A DNA stretch of 64,000 nt from Podarcis liolepis (lineage: Eukaryota), in the NCBI GenBank assembly GCA_965112155.1, contig OZ218100.1, one strand, 5' to 3'. The notes beneath the pieces were generated by a model. It ran no database searches and was not told the origin of the DNA. It saw only the letters and a program-made list of their open reading frames with translations. Of this stretch, positions 23,807-37,785 are shown in pieces. Within the stretch, counting starts at the first letter, position 1. Each line of letters opens with the position of its first letter. The translations under genes were made by a program, and so were the position numbers.

Positions 23807-25281
23807 CTTAAATACGTTCAGCTGCTGATTTATCGTCTCAATTTCCATTCCAACAGAACCCTGGGACTCTTCATGCTCTTCAACTTCCCCAAGCAGTTTA
23901 GAAAACCCCTTTAGTTTACTGTAGAACTCTTCAACGCGGCTAATAGTCCCTTCAATCTGTTCATCTCTGGCTTTTGCTCTGTCTAGCAACTTGTTGCACT
24001 GCTTATTTAAAGCCTCCAAGTCCCGTTTTATACCTGCAAGATCTGGAGAAGCTTCAGCTTCATTTGCGAGCATCATTTTGCAGGTATTATTTGCATTTTC
24101 ATTACTGGTTATGAGTTCCTCCAACTTTTTCAGGAAAGTTTTTATATCCTTTCGCTGTGACTGCAGTGTGACAAGATCCCTACCCACGGAATCCATACTG
24201 TCCAATTCATCGTCGAACTCTGCAAACTGAGAAAACATCTCTCGAATGCTATTTTGGAAATGGCCAATTCCCTGGAGTTTAGTCTCCAGGAATGAACATT
24301 TATCTTCAACCTGCTGACTGATGGTGTTGAATTCTTCTTCTAATGTTTCTGCCTGCAACAAGAGGTCAGAGACACCTGATGAATCTGAAGCATCTGCCAC
24401 CAGTTCTTGGGCAAGCTTTTTTGTAAGGTCCACTTGAGCCTTCATGGCCTGGAGTGTTTTCTGCTGAGCCTGCATAATCGTCAAGTGTTTGTTACTGTAA
24501 GTCTGGGGTTTGAGAGAATCGTGTGTTTCCAGCTGCTCTCTGGCATTCTTCAGCTGCTCTTCAACATCCTTTGATGACTCTTGAAACTCTTTCAGTCTCT
24601 GAGACATCTTTTCCAGACCATCTCTCTTAGCATGCAGTTGTTCTGTGACTATATCCATGTTCTGGATCAGCAGTGTCTTCTCCTCTTCAATAATGTCTTT
24701 GTCTGTCTGACAGGCACTGAGTAATGTTTCAGCTGCATTACTTAATAGCTCCACCAACCCTTGGTGTTTGTCTAGGTCCTTCTGCCAGCTCTTCACCTGA
24801 GCGATGGAATTCTCTAGCCGAGCAGGATCTATGCTCATTTCTATTTGAGAGATATTGCTTTGGCATTTCGCTATCCAGGGTTGTAGGTTTTCTACATGCT
24901 CTCTGTATCTAAGGGCTTTTTCCAAACAATCATTTAATTTATCTTGCCTTTCTTTAACTTGCTTGTTCATTTCATCCCAGTTACCTCTGAGCAAGTTCAG
25001 TTGGGCCTGCAGCTCGGCCTTCTCCGCACCCTGAGTCTTCTGGAGTAAACTTTCACCTTCTGCAATGATTTTTTCATAAGAGCCAGTCTGGTCAGACAAG
25101 GCAGCCTTGAACTCTTTCTGATCATCAATTAATGTCCACAGAGACTCCAGCTTGGTAGAGATGGGGCAAGGCTGATTCTGTTCTTCCTTCTTTTTGTCCA
25201 ACCAGGCCTGAAAGTCCTTAGACATTTGCTGGAACTGATGAGAACTAACGTAAGTTGACTGAAGTTGCTCAATGTGATTGC
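23807..25281 (-). CDS. DST: Dystonin large spectrin-repeat exon (GNHIEQLQS...QQLNVFK), 1475 nt
   Basis: ORF 23780..25369; [33 protein letters not shown]; phase 1-0; donor AAG|GTAAGA. Confidence 0.96.
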
Positions 25282-26424
25282 CTGCAGAAGACAAACAAAC
25301 AAAAGTTCTTAAAATCTGTGTCTCTGAGTGGCTTCTAACTAGGATTTTGGTTGATGTTATTTCAATCAAGGAGAAGCATTATGTTATAGGAAAATGCACC
25401 CTATTGCCATTTTAGATTGGAGCATGTTAGCTGAAGTGTTTATTGCAGACCACCAGCTTGGAAAATAATAGTATTGCAGCCTAAAATAATAACCCCTTGA
25501 TAATAATAATAATCCCTTGACAACAAGGGATTCTTGAGGGTGGGGAACTAATCAGGTAACCAGGATAGTATGATCACTAGTGCCACTATAAACATCATAA
25601 ACATAAACAACATGCACTATGAACAGTAAAGCTTGCAGTAATCCCTCAACAGTCATTGAGATAAAATGCTTCCAAAGATCACTGCCAGTCCTGTTACAAC
25701 TTTACAGAACTCCTGTTGGGACTCCCTTGTTGAGTCTAAAACACCCCCACCCCCAAAGTAAGGGCTCATCCATTCTTGTCCTGTGCCTAGAAAGCACGGG
25801 TCCAAGCAGTGTTCTGCTTGCCTAGCTAATTCAGTTTCCAGGCCTGGAAAGCATGGATCCAAGCAGCTTTGCCCTGTCACTTTCCCCTGGAAAACCCGCC
25901 CTTTAGTGCTAAACGGAACAAATGGCAATCAGGTTTTGCCGTGTGTTCTGATTCAGCACTAAACCGCCAACTTCTCCAGGGGAAAGAGGCAGGGCATATA
26001 GAAGTGTGGATGAACCCTAAGACTGTCTGAAACTGTAGCATGGTCAAGACAAATACATAAATGTTGGAGAAATACATGTATTTTCCCTACATAAATTTCA
26101 CATAGAAGCATTAATTTACAATGTGTGAATCCCTCACTGGTAAACACATATACAATCTACTGTCAATCATATGTCATTTGATATCTTAAAAGATTCAAAC
26201 AACTGGCACAGTCTAGAAATATGCAGCTATTCTCACCCACCCATTCATAGAAGCTAGGCCATCAATATCATTTCATCTCATTTGATGTGGTTTATTTATT
26301 TGTTTATGACTTTTGTAATTATGTAAATCTTGTCATGCTGTAAGCCACCTTGAGCATTGTTTTTTTTAACTGTGGAAAGGTGGCATACAAATAAAAAATG
26401 ATGGTGATGATGATGTTAACAAAC

Positions 26425-26920
26425 CTGCTTTTTGTTCCATATCGTGAAAGGGTTTTAAGATGCCATCCAATTGCCTAGCTAGCTCAGCTTTCAAGTAATC
26501 TTCTGCCACCAGTGCAGACAATTCCTCGCATAGAGCTTGAGCAGCCTTTCTCTTTGGCATTTCCCGTTCAATTTCTTCTTTCACTTCTCTGGCCACTTCC
26601 AGCTGCCGCTTCACAGAATCAGGGTCTGTACTTATAGCCAGGCTGCTGTTGAGTTTATCATCCAAGACACTAAGCTTCTCAGAAAGGCTTTTCAGGCAGC
26701 TTTGATATTCTGTGCTTTTGACAATGGCTTGGTCGATTCGGTTGCATCGGTCACTCAGCTGTCCGGTTAAGCCATCCCATTTCTGCGCCACAGCGGCCAG
26801 TTGCTGCTTCACCATTTCGTGAGAAGGTGGGTGTTCACCTGGTCTCTTCATTATCGCTTGTCCTGCTGTATTCAGCTGCTCATATTGGGGTTTTCGAGTG
26901 TCAAACTCATTGAGCAGAAT
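26425..26920 (-). CDS. DST: Dystonin exon ([16 protein letters not shown]...DMEQKA), 496 nt
   Basis: ORF 26366..26986; phase 0-1. Confidence 0.95.
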
Positions 26921-28270
26921 CTGATGAGAGAAAGTAATTTCAGGGAAGTGTAAGGAAACACAGATAACACAAACTGGACTAGCCATTTACCTAGTGTAGC
27001 ATCCTAGGCTGATGAGTACATGAAATAGCTCTTGGTCGAAAAAATAAAAGGCATTCTGCCAGTATCGCTTTAAGGTAGGTTAATATATTCATATTTATCC
27101 CTTACGTCTGGTTCAGACAACCTGCTGATCCAGTATTGCAACCCATGATGTGGAAGAGCAGGTGCACCGTGCGTCAACTCCACCATGCATATACTATCAC
27201 TAAGGATAAAGAGGAACCTTGGAAAACACCTGATTTGCATGACCTAGTCTCCTGCTTTGAGACACGTGTTAAATGAATCAACCTGAGCATTGACACGTGT
27301 GGATGAAGCAGTCGCCACAGATCAAATACTGTGGTTTTTATCTCATCGGACATCACCTCAAACAAAACTTCTCAATTAAAGTGCACCTTTGTTTCACTGC
27401 AATTTATGGAACCATGAATGTTGAGGGCCAAACAAGCCCCTACAGCCCACTGCTCCAAGGGTTTACTATGTCTAGTCATTAGCTTTCCTGCTTGACTTCT
27501 AAAAGCAGAAGAAAACTGCTTAGAAGGCAGTTCTAAGAGCAGAAAACCATCAAATGAATGCTTCCAGTTCCATGTCTGTCAAAATAATGGGAAGTGGGAA
27601 GGGGTGGGTACTTGGTGGGGAGGAATGGTGGGTAGGGGTGCTCAAACTCTCCCACATGTCCTCATTCTCCCCTGCAAAAAGCAAACAAATCCAGGTTGTT
27701 TTTCCCCCCAGTCAAAGCTCACTCCTGATTTTGGAAGCCAGTGTGTGTGTGCTGAAGGGGGAAATTATACACTTACGTGGGAGTATTTGGAAGGAAGAAT
27801 CAGTGAGTGAGCAAAAGATTAAGCACCTCCTACTGCACTTCCAAGTGTCATCACATACCATGCAACACCATTAGGAGGGAAAGATGACAGTGAGACCCCA
27901 TATTTCCTTTCCAATATCTATACTAGTCGTGAGTGTGGAATATTTTGTAATTCACGTGTGATTGATACTTGTTTATATATGCACAGGGTCATAGAAGAAA
28001 GGCGCTGCCATTCATTTTCCCCTGCTCAAAACTTTAACCTCTAGCTGCACTTCTCTCGCCACATAGAAGCCCTTTTTTGTCATTATTAGTTCCATATTTT
28101 TTTTTTAGAAAACTGATTGTTGTTTGGTGCCTTCATATTTGTTTTCAGAACTACACTTCGCCAAAAAAAGGATAAACCACATTGGTGATGGGGCCACAAT
28201 AGCAGTGTTTTCAATCCAGGAAGCGCAAGCATCTTTCTACAAATAATATGCAATGGGACCAAATGCTCAC

Positions 28271-28470
28271 CTGAACTTGCTGCTTCTGCGTGTTCAACAT
28301 ATTTGGATCAATTGACAGTGGTCCAAGCACGCTGACCATTAATTCTTTTTCTACCAGCCACTGTTTTAACTGAGCCTCGGTTGCCTGGAACTGGGTCAGG
28401 TAATTTGATGACTCTTCCAGTTTTTTCTGTCTGTCAGCTGTTACCTGGCTGAGTTCCCTCCATTTGGAAT
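28271..28470 (-). CDS. DST: Dystonin exon (DSKWRELSQ...NTQKQQVQ), 200 nt
   Basis: [22 protein letters not shown]; phase 1-0. Confidence 0.95.
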
Positions 28471-29220
28471 CTGTGAAAAAATGAATGGAATATTTTGTAA
28501 AATTGCATGATAATCGTAGTAATTTCACATGAAATAGTCAAACAAATAAACAATGGCAGTGGTTTGCTGTGGACATGCAGATGGTTCCCGCTGTACTTCT
28601 CTACTAGAACAAGGGGGAGGAACAAACCATGATCCCTGGGCTTAGCTTTACACCCAACCTGGGGGTCTTGGTTTGGTTTGCTCACACAGGCCACAATCAA
28701 GAAACCGAGAACAAGCTTTGGCAAACGAACAGCGGGGCTTGTTTTCAAATGCCAAGCTGGGGATTCTGATTTCGCAAGTGGGAGGAACAAACCACAAGCC
28801 CTGGCTTAATATTATATAAAAACCAGGGATGGTACGTTTGTTTCAGTCCAAACAAACCACAATTAAAAGCCAAGGTTTATGCTTAACTTCCGAACTGTGG
28901 TTTGTTTGAGTTAAGCAAACCAAAATCCCTGACTTGGATGCAACGTTAAGCCATGGATGATAGTTCCCATGAGCTGTTTTATCCTGACATGTGGCTGTGG
29001 CCAATGCCTTTTAAAATATAAGATCTGATAGGATAGACCAAACCTCATAAGCCAGTAGTCATGTATGAACAAAAGCATGTCCAGAAGAGTTTTCTAGTAT
29101 GTCATGTGGATGAGGTGCAATCCTTCTCTCCAAAGCTCACAGACATTCAATCTATGGTTTGTTTTGCCAAATGTTAGATCATTGACCCTCTCCTACACTG
29201 CAAAATAAAACCTGCCATAC

Positions 29221-29350
29221 CTATTTTATCCAACATCTGTTTCCATTTCGGTGCCTCAGGAGAGTCTGGGTTCTTCTCCAATAGCTCTGTCACTCTATCC
29301 TTCAGTTCTTGCACTTTATTCTCATTCTGTTTCAATTCTGTTTCAAATAG
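29221..29350 (-). CDS. DST: Dystonin exon ([18 protein letters not shown]...KWKQMLDKI), 130 nt
   Basis: Manual translation; TAG acceptor, G|GTATGG donor, phase 0-1. Confidence 0.93.
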
Positions 29351-29677
29351 CTATGAAGAATGAACATGTTAGGCTTGAGAATACATAAAAACCAAAGTGC
29401 TTGGCAGAAGCGGTGATTCATTGAGATGATCTCTTAATCTGTTTAGGCAGCTCTGATACATTTTATCACAGGTATGCAATCTGACTTCTGAATCTATGCC
29501 TGATAAAACATTTTTTATGGTATTTCCATAAGGCGTCAGTACAAAGTGCTAATATATGGTTGTACTGTTACATAAATTATTAAACAGACCCTGCCCATTA
29601 ATATGAACAGGAAGCTCACTTTAAAAATTAATTATGCTTAATTGATAGTTTTGAACAGAGGGGGAGACAGAAACTAC

Positions 29678-29913
29678 CTTGTGTTGATCGACTTGCTCTT
29701 TAACAGCCTCGCTGTCAATAAGAGTTGCTTCCCATTTGGCTGCAGCAGTGTCCATATTCTGTAACCATTCCATCATTGAATTTGATTCTCTTTGAATGTT
29801 TTGCATATTTGAAAGAGTGGATTCCAGTTCTGATCTTTTTTCCTTCAGTACAGCTCCCAAATCATCATAACTATGGCTTACAGTTGACATGTTGTGTTGG
29901 ACAGTGGTCACTT
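29678..29913 (-). CDS. DST: Dystonin exon (EVTTVQHNM...EQVDQHK), 236 nt
   Basis: ORF 29621..29932; phase 1-0. Confidence 0.92.
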
Positions 29914-31167
29914 CTGCAAGAGAGGTGGGCATACATTATTATTTTGATTCTAGTCATGACAGCAAGAAAAGATGCAAATATTATACATTAAAAGTTTTTA
30001 ATCCTTCCATGAAATAATAACTAGAATAATTGGTTACAGTCATTTCTTTCCTACAAAGTTGATACCCCAATATTAGTAGATTAAGAAAGAATGAACCAGT
30101 CACCAGGCTGATGACAGTGGATTTATTTATTTTTTTGTACAGAAATACTGTATTGTATAAGGACTTCTGAAAGAAAATCCTGCATGAAGACAAGCATTAT
30201 TTTGGTTTCTAATTTAAGGGTTTTGGAACACAGCTAGTTATCACCACCCTAATTTCAACATCTGATTTCTTAGGAAAACCGAGGTGTTCCAGAGCCTGTT
30301 ATAGTACAATGTGTGCATGTTAATTTTTATTAAAACACACCTTAAAAACCATGCCTGTTAATTTTAAATATATACTTCCGTTGTTTTCTGTTAACACATG
30401 CAAAAGATTCAAGAATGAGGCTCAGGATGATAACAGCTAGGCAGGCCAAACACAATAATATAAGAGGTTAGTCTGTTTGGGGCCTTTCTGAATTCCACCC
30501 CTATTTGGATGGTTCCAATGTTCTCACTCAAGGCCAAAGTAGAGGCAAAATGGGAGATACATGGAGTGTCTTCTGATTATATTTTCCCCTTGAGGGCAGC
30601 TGTGGAACTCCAAATTGGACTGGAATAGTTAGTGGGAAAGGGGGAATCCGTCCTTTTTCAATGAACATCACCCCCCCCCCGCCCCAGTTGCTGAAGTAAA
30701 GTTCAAATGAATGGTGTGAGAGACTCCACATATCTCCAATGTCACATCTACTTTGGCTCTCCAGCATAAGCAGCTTCTTATATTCATATGTTATCTTGGG
30801 TCACTTGATAGTCAAGTCACTTCTTAAAAACAATGAACTCCACCTGCTAGAGATAACAACCTTGCTACTGTTGCTACTCATGATTACTTCTTAATGGATT
30901 AAAAAGCCAGGAAATAACTCCTTATCTTGTCTTGGCTCTCAATTAACCACAATCATTGGTTCACCCACTGAAACCAGACAGAAGTTGAATTAACCGGATG
31001 CATGCATATACATAGACATATACATATATATGTCAAAGTGTAGAAGACCCCAGCTGAATAGGGGGTCTTGACTGTTATTTATAAAATTCTATTAAAATGG
31101 GACAAATTATAAACATCTTATGCTTGCTTATAAGATTTATGTATTTAAGTGAGCCATTATTAGTCAC

Positions 31168-31236
31168 CTTTGTTTGTTAGGAATCCCTGGGTACCTGTAG
31201 CTGCTCCTTCACCATTTAATACTGTTCCACTTACAG
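31168..31236 (-). CDS. DST: Dystonin 69-nt linker exon (AVSGTVLNGEGAATGTQGFLTNK)
   Basis: CAG acceptor, AAG|GTGACT donor, phase 1-1; VLNGEG matches the recalled DST linker. Confidence 0.85.
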
Positions 31237-33799
31237 CTGAAAGAGAGATTAGAGATTTAGAGCAAGATTCAACTAATGAATGCAGTCAGCAGAAGCCCTG
31301 AGCAAGGACTTCCACTTGTACTATGGAGTCTCCCCTACACATGTTCCCCAACTGGCTCAGGGCAGGTCAAGAGTACCCCTGGAACAGCAAGCAGGGGAGA
31401 GGAGGGATCATTCCATCTGGCAAGCTTGCCCTGATGGAACAATCATCATAATGCAATGTTGGGTTCTTCCCTCATTGTTCAGACACTATGGAAGTATTTG
31501 ATCCCTTTTCAAACCAATTTAAGGGCCAAACTAGATGTGGCATAGGCAGGTGAACAGCTCTCCCACTGCATTTTAGAAGAACAGCCTTGGAGATGTGTGT
31601 GTCTGACTGGAATCATGGTGCTACGAAGTAATGGTTTAACCCTTTTCCCAGTGCCATTTCCCCCATGAAAATCACCCCCATCGAAGCTGCTATTTGCTCC
31701 ATGGGGGGTAATGTTTAGATACCATCACCCATAGTTAATGCTAACCAAATGTTTCGGTCCAGACAATACAATAAATCGTGGGGAAAGGGGAGCATGTGAG
31801 AACAAGGCTCACCTAGGCTCATTTATGTTATGGTAAATTATGGTTTAGTGTGACATGTGAATGCAGTCATAGCATGACTTGCCTAAAGCACCCAGTGAGT
31901 CAATGGATGAGCAGTGTGTTGAAGCCAATTCTTTCTTTTATTCTTATTTATAAAAATATTTGTATACTGCATATTGAGAGAGAGAGATTTTCAACAATAA
32001 TGTAAAACCAAGGTCTAAGACTATTATGTGTGTCACACTGGTCTTAGTGGTTTAAGAGTAGACTAGTTGTAAGTGGGATCTTCATAACAACCAAATTTTT
32101 AGGATATTTTCACAAAATCAGTCCCAAATCAGCTCAGCCCAAGTGCTGTCATAACTGTAAACATAAAGATACATGCTAATATCATCATGACATTATAACT
32201 TTGGCAGAAATACTTGTGTACAAAGCTTTCTGTGAGAAGCTGCCCTAAGCATAAAATAACACTGCTGCAGACTAACTATGAAAGGCACATGTATCCATTA
32301 TTTGCAGCTTGGAATTTGGAGCCCAATCACTCTCTGATTGCAGATTGCCCGTTCTAAACATTTTAAAGCAAAATATAATGCATATTTGTGCCCAGCATAA
32401 CTGAATTGGTATACACAGAACTTGTTCTGAGCTGTTATCAGTACCTATGTCTAAAATCTTGAATGAAACATGCCTTAAGTCAGCAGCTCAAAATATTCCA
32501 TGTAGTTGCAGTTCTGTGATTCCATGCTTTGTGGAACAAAGACCCCAAAACATTTGCAGTACACTGATTTAGAACAGACAAAATGCAGAATGAGAGGGTT
32601 CCCAAAGTTAAATTTTGGTGTAAAACTTTGTTTTGTGTTTACAGATTTTCCACACTGTGAAATTAACTTCAGAAACCCTGCCCCCCTTTTAGCTGTTCCA
32701 CAGGAAATTTCATGAGTACCCATTATTTATGAAGGGAATAAGAGCGCTAAGTAGAATCTACTGTATGTCTATGTAAGTAGAGAGCCTGAAGATGATTATT
32801 TAATGGAGTAGAATTAATGGTTGCCTTGGAGAAGGCCAAGCATTCACCCCTCACCACCAGCTGGAAAGTGAGTGCTAGCCTAATGGCAGCTGGGAAATGG
32901 TGAGAGCAAGTAAGTCAGCCAAGTAAGTGAGATGTTCACATACTAAGATATTGAGACTTTTCTATATTTCCCATGAGGGAAACATTTATCATTGGCACAA
33001 AACTCAGGGTACTTGCACTCCCTCATAATGAAACCAATAAAGAAATGATTAACACATTTAGTAAGCAAATTCTGAACAGATATTTCACCCTTTTAAAATA
33101 ACATTATTTCAAGTACACAAAGTTCTGTTGGTACGAATACTAAAAATTATTGTCTGTGGCTTAACAACTTGGGACCAGTATACTTAAAGAATTGCCCTAC
33201 CCTAAATGTGCCTATTTGCTTACTTCACATTTACAAGTGCCACACAATGTTCATTTGACATTTGAGAGAAGTCATTCCTTTGGCACAGCAGCACCTGTCT
33301 TCTGAAACTCCCTGTCTGGTGGCATTAAGCAGGTTCCTTCACAGTACTGTTTTATATACCTACTGAAAACTGTTCTGTTGTAGCAAGGCTCTCCAGACAC
33401 ATGATTTGCTTTTTTATTTCTTTGAGCAAGCAGCATATAAATTTTCTAAATTAGAGCAGTACTTGCTCTGAAGTTACTTGCCCTTTACTGCTGGATTCAT
33501 TAGTCCATACTAAAAAATGGAAATTGCTCTGATTTAGGAGGATAAGCTACACTTCTTTTTGAAAAAGAGGATCTGATCTCCAAAGTGCACACAAACCGAG
33601 GTTTTCAGTCTACGCTGTTCCGATAACCCATACAGCTAGCAGGAAGTGGCACAACCTGCATGGGTCATATGGTACTCATGCTACCTGCGTTTTCACAGCA
33701 CACTGCCTGAACTCTGAACTGTGCATTGAGACCTGAGTCAGGAGCATGGAAAGCTAGAATCTGGGAACACTCCAAAAGGGACTGGAGGCAGAATTTTAA

Positions 33800-35110
33800 T
33801 CATAAGATGAAGAGGTTTGGAAATTCTCAGCCAGAGGAGCAAGTACAGTGGTTGCAGACCTCAGAACACACTGAGGTGGTAGTAGAAGTTACAGTGTACA
33901 AAACAATTCATGCTCCTCCCCAAAGAAGAGGGAGATGTGTGGTGGTAGCAGGTGACTCTCTACAGAGGACAGAGGCAGCAGTGTGCCAAAAAATGGCTCA
34001 TGGTTTCAGATGTCTCTATACAAATGCACAGAGTACGGAAACAAGCAAGAAAAACTTGAGCTCTGAATACAGGATGGCAAATATTATCTAATAGGCATTA
34101 CTGGAATCTGGTGGGATGAGACTAGAATGAGACTGGAATGAAGGAATTGAGGGGTATGACTCATTCAAAAGGAATAGATCGAACAGGAAGGGGGGAGAAA
34201 TAGCATTACATGTAAAAGATGTGTACACTTGTGAAGAGATCCATGAGATTATATGGGTAAAAATGGTAGGAGAAGGAACTACAGTGACCTTGGACTGAAG
34301 ACTTGGATGATGCCTTCCTAGAGCAGATTACCAAACATTCAAAAAGGAAAGATATAGTAGTCATGGGAGACTTCAACTACCCCAATATCTGTTGGAACTC
34401 AAACTCTGCCAAGAATTTAAGGTCCAACAAATCCCACAATTGGCTCTCTGGTAATTTCATTTCCCAAAAGGTAGAAGAAGCAACAAGGGGGTCATATATA
34501 TTGGACCTGGTCCTCACCAACAGGGAGGAACTGATCGACAAGGTGGAAATACTCAGAAACTTGAGAGGAAGTGATCATGCCCTCCTGGTTTCATGATACA
34601 GAGGAGAAGGGAAAGCTGAGTGTAGTCAAGAGATGCACTCTGGACTTTAAGAAGCTCAATTTCAAAAAGTTTAAGGAGCTACTGGGAGAAATCCCATGGT
34701 CAGAAATACTCAGAAGCTAAGTGAGCCCCAGATAGATGGGAGTTTATTATAGGTGAAATATTAAAGGCCCAAATGCCAACAATTCCAACAAGAAAGAAAA
34801 GCAGGAGGTAGCTAAAGAAACTGGTGTGGCTGCATAAGGAGCTGACGGATTAGCTAAGATGGAAGAAGGGAATGTATTATAAATGGAAGAGAGGAGAGAT
34901 CACAAAGGAAAGGTAGATACAAGTATCCAACAGTTGCAAGGAGAAGGTCAGGTAGGCCAAAGCTCAGAATGAAGTGAGGTTTGCAAGAGAGGTTAAAAAT
35001 AACTTTAAAAGCTTATTCAGCTATGTTCGAAGCAAGAAGCAAGAACAATCAAGTAATAGGGCCCTTGTGTGAAGAAGACAGAAAAATGCTACTGAGTGAC
35101 AGAGAGAAGT
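33800..35110 (+). mobile_element. Degenerate CR1 LINE fragment (ORF1 remnant plus ORF2 endonuclease)
   Basis: VVVAGDSL.RTEAAVC (ORF1 esterase), FRCLYTNAQS, VVMGDFNYPNICW, ILDLVLTNREELI, GSDH; multiple stops and frameshifts. Confidence 0.88.
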
Positions 35111-35127
35111 ATTTTTCTAAAGTGAAA

Positions 35128-35179
35128 TAGCTCAGTCGGTAGAGCATGAAACTCTGAATCTCAGGGTCATGGGTTCAAG
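35128..35179 (+). pseudogene. tRNA-Lys(CTT)-derived fragment (SINE head or tRNA pseudogene)
   Basis: TAGCTCAGTCGGTAGAGCATGAAACTCTGAATCTCAGGGTCATGGGTTCAAG; mutated anticodon loop and no acceptor stem. Confidence 0.75.
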
Positions 35180-35389
35180 TTGTGTACCAATGGCTCAGGC
35201 TTTTCTTATACCACCTGTGACCTAATGTACCTTAAAATTCATGTCTATCAAGGAATCTGGCATAAACTTTCCCCAACTATTGATCTAGGGAGCTAATAAA
35301 GACAGTGTGTGTGTGTGTGTATTCTGTGTTAGCTATTTAATTTCATTCACATGTACTTTTAAATATGTAGAAATGTCCATTGAACATAC

Positions 35390-35513
35390 CTGATTTTACT
35401 CCCCTTGATCTTGCAGGGGAAGTCACAGCACTAATTAGGTTGCATAATGCTGTTCCTTTGCTAATCATTTTCTGAATGTCAGGTGCCTTCGAACTCCATT
35501 CCTCCTCCAAATG
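35390..35513 (-). CDS. DST: Dystonin exon (HLEEEWSSKAPDIQK...LCNLISAVTSPARSRGVKS), 124 nt
   Basis: Manual translation; TAG acceptor, G|GTATGT donor, phase 0-1. Confidence 0.92.
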
Positions 35514-36292
35514 CTAAGAAATGAACAAGATGTTATTTTCAACTACTGACTATATTTGTAAGCGTGACAAAAAACATACCACTCTAGATGGGCTGGACAT
35601 AGCCAGAAATTATCTCATCATGTCACACATCCCACTTGCTCTATCATCAAACTGTGCCCTGCCATTTCTCATTTATGACCCAAAAACTGGAGTGAACATT
35701 TTTTTAAAAGTGAGATAGCAGAACTCTCAAACGAAATAGGGCTGGGAAGCTGTACTGGTACCAAAATACTGCAAGTACTTTACTCATATTTAAACCATGC
35801 CCAGTTTATTATTATAAAAATGAATCATATACAGCAATAGTTTGTGCTGAAACATAGCTAAAAAATGGGACGAAAGGTGTCTGTCTCAGTCTAGCAAATA
35901 GTTGCAAGCCAAGTTCTCTGCACTTGCAAAAATTTCCCTATTCACTAATGCATGCAGCTGCACACATACATCCTTCTGCACACACAGAGGTGTCTTTTGC
36001 TTTGAAATGAGTTGGTAAGTTCTTGCGAGTGCATCGTCTGTCCCTTGGAGCTGTGTCATTATGGTCAGTAGTCAACTAAGTCTTACTAAGTGTACACCCA
36101 TTGAAATAACGGACCTAACTTAGTCATTAATTTCCATGGATCTACACTGAGTAAAACCCAGTTGAATACCAACAAAAGAAATCGTTCCTCCTTAATTCTT
36201 TGAGACCAAAAGGACACAATCAGTTGACAAATCAACTGACATACAAATCCAATTAATGAAATTATTGTCAGAAATGATAAGAAGTCTCTCAC

Positions 36293-36449
36293 CTTTGTGT
36301 TCTGCAAATGTTTGTTTAAATTTTCCACGTTCAACGAGGGCTGGATAGCTGGAATTCTTTCCGTCATCTCATCTACCCATTTCTTCAAAGATTCTACATG
36401 AAGATTGAACTCATCCATCTGCTTTTGGCAAGAGGACACATCCTCTTCT
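36293..36449 (-). CDS. DST: Dystonin exon (EEDVSSCQKQM...HLQNTK), 157 nt
   Basis: CAG acceptor, AAG|GTGAGA donor, phase 2-0. Confidence 0.92.
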
Positions 36450-37257
36450 CTGCACAATTGAAAACAAGGAAGGGATATGGGAGAGATAGTCTCCTTGTTC
36501 TTGGGGTAATGTAGGCAAATCCTTCTTCTAGATAAAACTCTAATATGGGCTGTATTAACAACCAGTATGTATAGCCGGGACTAAAAGAACTCCTATCTAT
36601 GCACAGAAGGGTTGCAAGTGTTCCTTTCAGACTACAGGCCCTCATACCACATCTCACATTTCAAATGCTGCTCCAAAGTGAGAGTCTTGATGGACTAATT
36701 GTCACAATGTACATGCAAACCACCACACCCGGCCCTTTAGATCTCAGCCCAACTAGTGGCATTTCCTTATATATTATTACTGTATTTTTACTGTTGTCTG
36801 GTTGGTGCACACATGTTCCTGGAGATGAAATCCCAGCCACTTCACTCCTCCCTGTGCCAAGCTGAGCTAAGCCACATATTTGCTTATCATATCATCTAGA
36901 ATTGGACTCATGATTTAGTTTTCTCCAGAAAACATGCCGCACCAAACGATGGCTCAGCTCAGCATTTCTAGTTCTTTTGCTGCTTGCACCATGCTGAACC
37001 ACATATTTGCTTATCATACTGTGCAGACTCCTAGAGAAGAGAACCCATACACTTGCGCATCTATGCAAAGCTATGGTTTGGCTTAGCATGACGAGTGTTT
37101 CTTAATTCTGCAATATTGTTACAAGCCAGTAACTTCTCCTTCACTTTATGAAAGTGCAAAACACACCACAACCGTCTTATAGGTCTGTGCATCACATTAT
37201 TTGGAACTCTCACTCTTATAGTTGCAGCATTTAATATGTGTAATTGGTAACCCTTGA

Positions 37258-37293
37258 GTTGGTTGGTTGGTTGGTTGGTTGGTTGGTTGGTTG
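37258..37293. repeat. (TTGG)n microsatellite
   Basis: Direct inspection. Confidence 0.95.
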
Positions 37294-37618
37294 ACTGATG
37301 AACTGGCAAGATTACAAGTTCAAGGCATGCTTTGCTGAGCCTATTTTGATTCCGCTGTACACTATGGGGGGATATTAAAGATTAACTTTTAGTATTGAGT
37401 GGGATATTTTATTTATCAAATTCTAAGTTACCTCAAAAAGGCACCTATAATGAAGTGTTTGAAATATGCACATGGAAATTATTGTAATTAGGTAAAAATA
37501 AATCAGTCACAAGACAGCTAATCAGCAGAAATTATTTACTCATTGACAACCCTGATTATTTTCATCACCACCACCACCATAAGCACACACTATTCTAAAA
37601 TTTGATTATTGTACTCAC

Positions 37619-37785
37619 TTTTCTCGTATAGTCTCTTCCATTTCCTTGAATTTCTTTGACAAGGCATTTACTTTTTCTAACACTAATGACCTGTCTCCAG
37701 GAAGAGCATGAGGAGAGAGTTCTTCAATGAGGTGTTGCAAATTTTCAAGATCTTTTTTCTGCTCCATCAGTTCAGTGTTGGTTTC
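37619..37785 (-). CDS. DST: Dystonin exon (ETNTELMEQKK...EMEETIRE), 167 nt
   Basis: AAG acceptor, AA|GTGAGT donor, phase 0-2. Confidence 0.9.

Noticed and set aside
35128-35179. Functional tRNA-Lys gene
   Set aside because: Acceptor stem missing; anticodon loop and T-arm mutated
36872-37018. 20-bp perfect direct repeat CCACATATTTGCTTATCATA, 127 bp apart
   Set aside because: Only two copies, inside what looks like a degenerate repeat element; not an array, and CRISPR is inapplicable in vertebrate DNA
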